Positions 21,070 to 30,472 of a stretch of DNA of 64,000 bases are shown one piece after another. Numbering within the stretch: the first letter of the stretch is position 1; every line of letters starts with the position of its first letter. The notes beneath the pieces were generated by a model. It did no database searches and was not told the origin of the DNA. It saw only the letters and a program-made list of their open reading frames with translations. The translations under genes and the position numbers were made by a program. The stretch comes from Schizochytrium sp. TIO01 (Eukaryota; Protista; Bigyra: Labyrinthulomycetes): assembly GCA_004764695.1 (NCBI GenBank), contig SMSO01000006.1:325859-389858 (forward strand), in the 5' to 3' direction.

Positions 21070-22728
21070 TCTCTTTTGTGTACAGTATAGCTTCGCAGAA
21101 ATTTATAGAGCTACAACGAGGCCTTTCTCTCCGTTTGAAAGCGGGTTCTGCGGAATTCTGCTTGAATTCTACGTAAATCTAGCTCGAAAATGCGCAAACT
21201 TGGACAGAGCTGGTGCCAAAGGCGTCAGTTGCACGCAATGATGGCCCAGCGATGGCCCCAACTCCGTTGCCTCCGCCGCTGGCTACGCCGGCGGTGGCGC
21301 CGAGGCGGCCGGGCTCGCGCTCCTGCGCTGCGCCGCAATTGCTGCGCCGGTACACCTACCCGGTATCAGGCGTAAACGGGATCTGCGGCCACTAAGTTTA
21401 CTTTCGCTCGCTCTTCGATTCTCGAAGTAAGTCTTCATTCATTCATTCATTTATTCACTCATTTATTCATTCGTTCGACGACTATAGCCCACTTATTAAT
21501 TCCTGAATCAATAGGTTATTCCCTCTCACCTACTGTGATTTACAATAGGCTTTTAAGTGAACAAGTAACCAAGAACTGCTTATTATGTCCCCATTGGCGG
21601 CCAAGTTTTGTTTCACTTCTGTCAGAATATGTGCAGTAAGTTATATAGGTTATAGAAGCTTGGGAATAATAGCACACTCCAGATTGGAAGACTGCGATGT
21701 GTAAATAAAGGAGTCGCGTGCGCACCATAAGCCTGGGCTGGTTGGCACAGCTATCGATCTGTATGGAGTAGTTGAGCAGACTAGATCATGGTAGAGTGAA
21801 ATAGGCGGCTAGTTGGGTTTCCCCGCGACGCGACTGCATAAAGCTCGGGTTCTTGGCCAGCCAATTGTCATCGAGTTACTCGATGGGCTTCCTAGTAGCA
21901 CCCTATATAATATTATACCTAGGGGTACAGGGGTCGCCGAGGACCTTGTCGTTGAAAACCATATACTAACTTAGTAAGGGCATCCAGGAATAGATGTTGA
22001 GCTGGGGCTGCAAGGGGAATCAAGCTAGCGCAGAATCTATTTGGTTTGAGAATGTAGCTCCAGGTTGCCGTTTTTATTGAAGTTTTTATATAGCTCTGGA
22101 CCTACTGATGTTGTTTGAGAAAGTCCTTAGGAGCCCGAAGCAAGGAGTTGAAGCTGAATACATTTTCCCCAAACTAGCAGGCCATACCACACCATTTGCC
22201 TTGCAGTCGTCTTTTCAGAGTGTCGTCGATTGTGCTAACAATGAAAAAGCTGAGTAAATAAGATATACGAAAATAGATCACCAATTTGAGAAGAAACTCC
22301 CTTGCTTTTGTTTAGATAGGACAAACATCGACGAGTGACCCTCCACTGCTCTTTGTTCTGCTACTGGTCGAAAAAACTTGAGAGTTCTGATTCTTCTCTG
22401 ACTTTAGGCACAGTTACGTACATGTGTCACCCATCCATTACTGTAAAGTAATCTCAAGCGTCTGGCGTGATCGTTGCATGTTGAGGTATTGTATTTCCTG
22501 GAAGAATGATGATAGCACAAACTAAGATGTTGGATGCCACTTGTGTGAAATACAACAGGTAGAAAACCTTTTTGAACTTAAATCCCTTAAGGCCAAAAGC
22601 CCTAAGGGGAAAATCTTTTGGAGTGAACTCGCGGATGTAGGACTGTGGTACTCTGCCCCTACTGGATGATAAAGAGGAAAAAGATCAGTTTTTTTATAAA
22701 GATTTTCTTTTTTTTGGTATTAGAAGAG

Positions 22729-24231
22729 TTATACACGACCTTTGCCAAGACCATGCATGAGGCCAACGTAGCTAGCTTCATCAAAGTTATTGTTGAAGAA
22801 ACGACGCCGAAGTGCAAAGAACACAGATGCAGTGAGCAAAGAATCAGACCCAGCCTGGTGCATTGGTCCGACGCGCTCAACTTCAAGTTCTTCCGCAAGC
22901 TTCGAGAGACCGCTCTTGAAGGGCGCGCCTTCGAGCTTTGTCATGATGGCCTTGACATCAAACATGGCAGGAAAGTACAAAAGCAGCAAGTTGAAGAACT
23001 CGACTTCCTTGTCTGGCAGCGGCGCACAGGTCAGCACCTTAAGCAGGTAGGCGACGTCGAAGCCACCGTGAAAAGTCACCCACTTCACCTCCTTCATGAG
23101 CACCAGGCCAGAAGACATAAGTTGCTCACCAAAATCCTGCACATCAATGCCCATTTTTTCATGCAAATCAAAGTCAATGCCACTGCGCACAAGCAAGTCA
23201 ATGGAGTCCTGCGCATACATATCATCTGTGAGGCTAAATTTAAAGTGAAACTGCCAGCATGGGCAGTCCTCCGCGAAATTACCCTCATCATCCGTAAGTG
23301 CAATACCGAGTTGGATCAATTTAAGCAGGTCTACGTTGCAACGAAGAGTCTGATATTGAAAGTCATCCGTGCTTTCAAATGAGCCGATTGGTCGAGCTAC
23401 AACACCCGGAAATTCTGTGTCCATCGCAATGTAATTGTATTTTTGCACGACGCTGCGAATAACAGCCATTTCCTGGTCCAAGTTGTCCCGCCACACGTCA
23501 CGAATCTCCACCTTCTTTCCCTTGTACTCGTAAACGTGGCCACGGGTTTTGATGAGCTTACTCATCTCTGGGTCTTCCAAGCCTGGGCGCGCTCCTGGGG
23601 GTGGCGGCAGGTTTTGTTGTTGTTGCTGGTGTTGCTGGTGTTGTTGGTGTTGCTGCAGATGCTGTTGTTGAAGGTGTTGCTGGTGTTGTTGGTGTTGCTG
23701 CTGGTGGTGCTGCGGTTGTTGCTGGTGTTGTTGGTGTTGCTGCTGTGCTGCAAACGGTGATGCGTGAGACTGGTAGTGGTGCATTGGTCTGTTCTGTGGC
23801 GCTGACTGATGTTGCTGGAGCATGCTTTGGTGCGCATGGTGCATTGAGGGTTGTTGATGCATTTGTTGGTAGTGTTGTTGTTGGCCATGCTGCATGCCCG
23901 AGCCAAGGTGTTGGCTCTGCTGACCATATGGCTGTTGAGGGCCACCACGCTGTGATTGCATTGAGTGCATCTGATTTAGCATACCACCACCCATGTTGCC
24001 GCCCATGCTGCCGTCTGGCCCACCGTATCTATTGTCGGAACCGCTGAGGCCTGGCATCTGGTAACCTGAATTGTGACCACCAATGTAGCCCTGGTAGGCT
24101 CCCGAGTCACCGCCTCCGCCGTTGTACGAGCCTCCGTCCATGCCAAGGCCACTGAGACCGCCACCGCCCCCGCCTACATAGTTTCCATAGTCTCCTCCGC
24201 TACCGAGACCGTTCAGTTGATTACTGTGCAT
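22729..24231 (-). CDS. CAF1: CCR4-NOT deadenylase subunit CAF1/POP2 (CNOT7/8) with long G/Q/H-rich N-terminal extension
   Basis: Intact DEDDh motifs AMDTEFPGVVARP, FHGGFDVAYL and HQAGSDSLLT; also YQTLRCNVDLLKLIQLG and WQFHFKF…DMYAQDSIDLL. A possible 11-nt upstream exon lies at 24638-24648. Confidence 0.95.
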   Translation of the reverse strand: MHSNQLNGLGSGGDYGNYVGGGGGGLSGLGMDGGSYNGGGGDSGAYQGYIGGHNSGYQMPGLSGSDNRYGGPDGSMGGNMGGGMLNQMHSMQSQRGGPQQPYGQQSQHLGSGMQHGQQQHYQQMHQQPSMHHAHQSMLQQHQSAPQNRPMHHYQSHASPFAAQQQHQQHQQQPQHHQQQHQQHQQHLQQQHLQQHQQHQQHQQQQQNLPPPPGARPGLEDPEMSKLIKTRGHVYEYKGKKVEIRDVWRDNLDQEMAVIRSVVQKYNYIAMDTEFPGVVARPIGSFESTDDFQYQTLRCNVDLLKLIQLGIALTDDEGNFAEDCPCWQFHFKFSLTDDMYAQDSIDLLVRSGIDFDLHEKMGIDVQDFGEQLMSSGLVLMKEVKWVTFHGGFDVAYLLKVLTCAPLPDKEVEFFNLLLLYFPAMFDVKAIMTKLEGAPFKSGLSKLAEELEVERVGPMHQAGSDSLLTASVFFALRRRFFNNNFDEASYVGLMHGLGKGRV

Positions 24232-24232
24232 G

Positions 24233-24637
24233 CTTAAGCAAAATCACCATGGATCATTTTAAAGTTTGCAAGAGTATACATAAGCAGGATATGAAGGTTT
24301 AAGAAAATAAAGAATTCGAGGATTTTCATTTTCAGTCGTTTCGTCGAGATCAAAAGCACCAAAAGCCAACAATTCACAGAGCATGCCGCAAGATCAATCC
24401 CAAACACCGACGATCCCAAAATGTCCATTCCCAGTTGCATAATATTGATCCACATATCAAATATTGCCCAATCAGTATTGAAGAATAAACCAGCGAATCC
24501 ACCGTCCACACACGCCACAAATGAAAGTGATAGCCCCGCGCGGACATCAGCAAATCAAAGCACAAAATCATTTTAAAACCCGTCAGCTGCCATGATTTCC
24601 AAAGGATTAACCATTGCGACAATAACCAAAAACTTAC
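24233..24637 (-). other. Probable intron (405 nt) after a micro-exon of CAF1
   Basis: On the minus strand, ATG TTG TCA GG|GTAAGT … TTAAG|C ATG CAC gives in-frame MLSG-MHSNQ. The AAG acceptor is the less common type. Confidence 0.55.
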
Positions 24638-25460
24638 CCTGACAACATAGCGCCTCCTCGTCGCGCCTACAAAAAGAAGGCCCTATCCTCGCAAGCTCGG
24701 CTACAGTTGACGAGGTCTCTGAGGAAGAGAGATACAGAGAGATAAAGAGATACAAAGAGAGAGAGAGATAGAGAAGAATGAAGGAGCAAGAAAGACAAGA
24801 ACAGCCAAGCTCGAGGTGCTCCAGCTGAGGCGCTGAAAATGCGAGGTTCAATGCTAGGGCCTAGTTCAGGTCTCTCGCCGGGCCACCAAAGTCCAACAAG
24901 ATAAGCTTTGCGCGGTCGCAGGAGTTGCGCAAGAAACAAACTTGCAAAGGCTCGAAAGAGAAAGAAAGAGAGAGAGAGGGAGTCTAATCTGCCGCTGTGT
25001 CTCACTTCTGCCGCCTGGCCCGGCGCCAGTGCGCGCGGGGGAGGCGGGCGGGCCCCGGGAGCGCAGCCAGCTGTGCTGCTGCAGCCGCCGCAATCAAGAA
25101 CGCCGCCGCTCGCCGCGCAGTCGCCGCTATGAGCGAATGATCGCCTGCCTTCTGTTTGCCCCGTGACAAATCACATCAATCGTCATAGACTGTGCTCGAA
25201 TAGTGCGTCCATCTACTAGTAACTCTAGCAGTGCTAGATGATATTTTAGGCACGAAGTTCATACAATCAATCGAAGATAAGAAAGCAGACTGAAAGAAGA
25301 TAATTGCACGCATGATTCATGGTGCCTTCGAGCAGAGCCAAAATGTGAGACCTCTCCGCGCTGTACGAGTGGCAATTGAAATGCGTTTTGGCTTGCTTAT
25401 TCCCATGAATCGCAAGCCCTGCGTCTCGATCTTCTTCGAATCCGTCAAGATGTGGATGCG

Positions 25461-25513
25461 CTTTCTTTCTTTCTTTCTTTCTTCCTTTCTTTCTTTCTTT
25501 CTTTCTTTCTTTT
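25461..25513. repeat. (CTTT)n microsatellite
   Basis: Read directly from the sequence. Confidence 0.9.
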
Positions 25514-28036
25514 CTCCGCCTTTATAAATCTCTCGTTTTTCCCACATAGAAATTGGTAGCACCCAGCTACGCTCTACACTAGCCCCGGGCTCTCTAGGGG
25601 CCCCTAGAAGATAAGCTATGGATCCCTCAACAATACTATTCCTCCTCCTTTTTCTCGTTGAGCTTGTTGTTCTTCTGCTAATATCTATGACCACTGGAGA
25701 CTACTGCTATCGTTTGTGGTATATACCTGGTAGAGTCGAGCGAGGCTAGTTGCGGCGTGAGGAGGTCAAATAAATATCTTACTTCGCCCTTCGAGGAGAG
25801 ACCATTCCATTCGACAAATCGCTGCTTTGCGATGACTTCGGGCGGCCGGGTGGAGAATCCTTGGGATGAGAGCTTCAACTTTAGAGCTTCGAAGCATGGG
25901 TAGAATCTGGGCGAACGTATGTGCGTGGAAATTGTCATAATAAAATGGCGATGGGGAATTTGACGTGCGTGAACTATTGCGATCATGGCAATCTGCAGTC
26001 GAATGTAATTTGGGAGCATGTGACCATGCACTGGGTTCGATGAAGAGGATGATGACTGGAATATACATGCACATGAACGTCAGATTAGGTCAAGAGCATT
26101 GGGCTGTGAAGGTTCTTACTTGCGAAGCTGTATGTGTGAATTCCCCAATCTGAACGAATAGCAAGCTAACTCAAAGCGGGACCCAAAAGTCGCTTATAGT
26201 TCATCAGGTGACTGTGTTTTTCATTAAAGATAGTAGCATCGTTCTGCGGCAGATTTACTTGATAACATACCAGTACTAGGCACAGTTTCCGAATAAACAT
26301 GTTTGCCTCTGACCTTTTTTTAAAGGTGTAAATGTTAAGGTAAACCACATCAAATCGAGACTCGAGCCTTCGAAAGCCCACTATGGTATATGGTATGGGC
26401 CACACACACTTCAGCTAGGCTTCAACAGTAAAACCGAGGTTCTCTGGGACATCAAAGTTCTATAAAGTTTTGCTTGTCTGACCCTATACAGAGTATCCCA
26501 ATACTCCAAGTTTAATTTCAGCGTAGCACCTTTCTGTGCATATCTGCGCATACTACGTTAGCATCGAAGCACCAAGAGCCGCCATTTGCTTCATTCAAAC
26601 TGAAGACGCATGTTATTAATTTAAAGCAAAATGGTGTTTCTACCCTTTGATTTCTTTAAACCTCCTTTCTCCAATAGCCTAAAATTCATCTGCGTACCCA
26701 AGCCTCCAGTATTCTCATCCTGCAAGAGTCTATGTTTCTCTCTGCCGTCTCCGAGTGTCCTTGGCTGCTACACACAAGAGCAGGGTCGCCTGGCTAGCCG
26801 CGGACGCTCTGTGGTGAGGTCTCGTTAGCGGGACTTTATCTCGTGCATTTACCCTTTCTTCCCAAATTCTAGTTTTCATGATTTTCTTCCGTTCCGCTTT
26901 CGGGAGCTTACCTTTGGACCACTTCAACTTCTCTCAAGCTCAAGTCATCTACCTACTTCAAGCTCAAGTTCAACTTCGCCTCTCATCGCAGAAGCTGCTC
27001 AAGAGACATAGACATGAACGAAGCATTCCCGGTCCTGAGCAAGTGAGTACTACGAACAAGAGCTGGAAAAACGAGAGACGAATGTAATGCAGGCCATTGA
27101 AAATGTTTTACAACATGTAAATGCAATTCAACGTAATGTAGTGCAATTCAGTATGATACCATACAATGCAATGCAATGCAATGCAAGACTGACCTGAAGG
27201 CCTTGAGCAAAAGAACGTACTGCAGGAACCACGGCGAACTTCTGGCTTCGATGCAACTCTGTTTGCCCGCTTCTGTGTGGTCCATACATTCAGCTGCCGC
27301 AATCTTCGCTCGAGCTACGCGACCTTTGGTATGCGAGCACCACGTTGACCTACAATCAATCTTGAGTTTTGGGAATCAATAAATTGCGTTGATAAATTCA
27401 TAATCTTTGAACAAATTCGTGAGCGGCCCAAGAAAGCGGAAGAAATGAGAAGAAATGAGTGTAATACATGGGCCTATGCAATAAGCTAGAAGAGCATAAG
27501 GCTGGCAGCCAGTAACAGTGGATAGGACAGGGATAGGATCACTGGCACGTCCTTAGACATCTTCAGAACAAGAGTGGCTTAGAAACCATAAAAGCTGGTC
27601 GGTTTTATCTAAAACTGTGCAGCTGCTAGCTCCTGGGCCAGCAGAGCAGCTGCAAAATCGTATGCTGCAGCTAACACATCCCTCTGCGGCCATCGAACAA
27701 AGAATTGCGTATAGTTAGTTTCCTGACTTCCAAAGGTTCTTATTATGGTAAGGATGGCTGTTTGTTTTGCTAGAATCAATGAAGTGAAATAACTACAAGT
27801 GAACAATAGGCCCAACAAGTGAAGTATTTTTCGAATATAGAAGTCTACCTACATGAGCAAAGTAGAGCAAACTCAGGGAAGTGAAACAAATATGAAAAGT
27901 CAAGCAAGCCAAAAGTAAATGAAAAGCACTGCAGACTTGCAACGCGTCCGCAGCGTCGCTGCCCAACCCTCTGCTTCTCCTCTCGCCGTTTGTGCGAGCT
28001 TATAGCCACCAATTTAGTCAGTCGGCGTCAGGAGCA

Positions 28037-29293
28037 ATGCTAGCAGCTCTTGCCACGCGGCGTCTGGCCCCTGGCCTTCGCCCGCGTCCCGGCGCAGCCT
28101 CACTTGCAGCGGCCTCAATGCGGCGGCTGGCAGCAGCGCCGAGGACCCTCGCGGTGACGGCGACGCCCGCAGCAAAAACTGTGAGCCCACCCTTGGGAAC
28201 AAGCGGTGTGAACTCAACCGTCATGCGCGACCGTGGGGTAGGATATTGGCTTTTGGGCACATCTGCGGCAGTCTTCGGCATGGTGGTCTTGGGCGGCGTA
28301 ACTCGGTTGACAAGGTCCGGACTGTCCATGGTAGACTGGCGGCCCCAGGGATCTATGTTGCCGAAAGATGATGCTGCTTGGACTATTGAGTTTGAGAAGT
28401 ACAAACAGTTCCCGGAGTACAAGCGTATGAACCAGGGCATGACGCTCGAGGAGTTCAAGTACATTTACTTTATGGAATGGTTTCACCGCATGTGGGGCCG
28501 TGGCCTTGGTGTAGTCTTCGGACTGCCGTTTATGTACTTCATGGCCCGCGGTCGTATCCAGAAGTTGCCCGGAATGACTCCTAAGCTCTTTGGTCTGCTG
28601 GCTCTCGGTGGCGGCCAGGGTCTCGTGGGTTGGTGGATGGTTAAGAGTGGCCTTGAGGAGCCCGCCCATGACTGGAAGGAGCCCCGCGTGAGCCCATACC
28701 GCCTGGCAGCTCACTTGACTGTGGCTCTGGGTGTTTTCACTGGCCTTGTGTGGACTGGACTCACTGCTCTCAACCCCCAGCCCCTCTTGGCCACTGCTGT
28801 GGACCCGAAGATCCTCAAGTTCCGCAAGTGGGGCGCTGGAGTCCTCGCGCTCGTTGGTGTGACTTTCGTCTCGGGCGCCTTTGTCGCTGGAAACGATGCT
28901 GGACGCGCTTACAATGATTGGCCACTCTACGCTGGAGACTGGATCCCCAAGGAAATTTGGGACAACACCCTCGAGCCGGCCTGGCGCAACATCTTTGAGA
29001 ACACCGGTACCGTCCAATTTGACCACCGTAACCTCGCCTACACCACATTCCTCTCCACTATGGCTCTCTTCCATATCGCACGTCGCCAGGCTAACTGGAA
29101 GCTTCTCAGCCCTTCTATGAAGAACGGCTACCGTGCTATGGTGATCGTTGTAACTTGCCAGGTCCTCCTCGGTATCTCCACACTCATGATGTTTGTCCCT
29201 GTCTCTCTTGGCTCTGCTCACCAGGCTGGTGCTCTTACCTTGTGGACTGCGATGCTCTACTCTCAGCACTCTCTCAGGTATTTGCGTCTTTAA
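28037..29293 (+). CDS. COX15: Heme A synthase COX15, with mitochondrial presequence
   Basis: GGVTRLTRSGLSMVDW, EFEKYKQFPEY, EWFHRMWGR, GWWMVKSGL, PRVSPYRLAAHL, GAFVAGNDAG, QFDHR and SAHQ (four His ligands). The N-terminus from ATG 28037 is R/A-rich and lacks acidic residues. Confidence 0.97.
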   Translation: MLAALATRRLAPGLRPRPGAASLAAASMRRLAAAPRTLAVTATPAAKTVSPPLGTSGVNSTVMRDRGVGYWLLGTSAAVFGMVVLGGVTRLTRSGLSMVDWRPQGSMLPKDDAAWTIEFEKYKQFPEYKRMNQGMTLEEFKYIYFMEWFHRMWGRGLGVVFGLPFMYFMARGRIQKLPGMTPKLFGLLALGGGQGLVGWWMVKSGLEEPAHDWKEPRVSPYRLAAHLTVALGVFTGLVWTGLTALNPQPLLATAVDPKILKFRKWGAGVLALVGVTFVSGAFVAGNDAGRAYNDWPLYAGDWIPKEIWDNTLEPAWRNIFENTGTVQFDHRNLAYTTFLSTMALFHIARRQANWKLLSPSMKNGYRAMVIVVTCQVLLGISTLMMFVPVSLGSAHQAGALTLWTAMLYSQHSLRYLRL

Positions 29294-30472
29294 AAAGCTT
29301 TGCGCCTTTACCTAATTTCGAATAGGACAAGCTTGATGAATGTCAGGCTAACAAGAGAATAAACCCTCATCATTCTCATGTCTGGCACCATCGTATCTTC
29401 CTTTTCTTTCTTGTGCAACCGTAAATGATATGACCTTACCATACACAAGATATCAATCGACAAATATTACAACATCAAACAAAGTCAAAGAGTTGTCAAC
29501 CAGTCACATCATTCCCAGCGAATGTGACAGCACTTTTAATTCAAAAATCACCTCACATCATTGCTCTAAACTTCGATGCGCGTAGTGATGGCCTCGCGTA
29601 TAGCTACCCTAGTCCTTGCTTGCACATGTTAGTTTACAAATCAATCATAAATCATGCCTTTGTCTGTCACACAGCATCCATCGTACTTGTTTCCCTTGTC
29701 TAACGTCAGAAAAGGTAACCGACGCGAGTCGTAATCTCGCACGAGTTGACAGTACTACCTACCGACGTTGCTCTGCTGCGAGAAATTTGATCATTTCGTT
29801 TTACATCACCAAATGTCGAATTTCCCAAACTTGTATCTGGAATATGGTAGGTTTGACGAGTCCATATCTTGTCCAACACCGTCAACGGCTTCAATATGTA
29901 GCGATATAGCATTCGATTATTTTCACATTTTGACCCGGGCAGCTTATCTTCCATGAACGTTGTGGTTCGCTACATTGCTTCGCTTGAAGTTGCACAACTT
30001 GATCTCATCTTTTTCTAAAACGAAGAAGATTGAGAAAGTCGGACTTGCCACCTTTTGCACTGCTCTAATGATAGTTAGTGTAGTCTTACTTTTATACTGC
30101 CCGAGCGGGAGCATTTGACATTCGTTTCGTGCTGGCCTGAGTACGGTGCCTACTACCACCAGCCCACTCGCTTTGTGGGGCGGCTTGATTCAAGGTATAA
30201 CTTTTAAAATGAATCGAGGCTCCTACGAATCCTTTATCTTGCAATTCTATAAGTAGATAACTAGCCTCTTCCTACTGTTTCTAAGTAATTTAGATTTTAG
30301 ACGATTGTGAAGAATCATGATCACATCAGTCTAGGCTAGGCATTTGCTGACTTCAAACCTCATTCGTTCGAACAGCGTTCACTGTAGGCGCTTTCGCGGT
30401 AGCGAACACCCCGCCGAAGTCAAATTCTCTTTGCATCAGTTTAAAAACACAGTCTGTCACAAGAGAGACGAG

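Noticed and set aside
28214-29269. 351-aa antisense ORF over COX15 (also 16963-17523 and 22645-23382 over other genes)
   Set aside because: Expected from strong codon bias on the sense strand; no recognisable domain.
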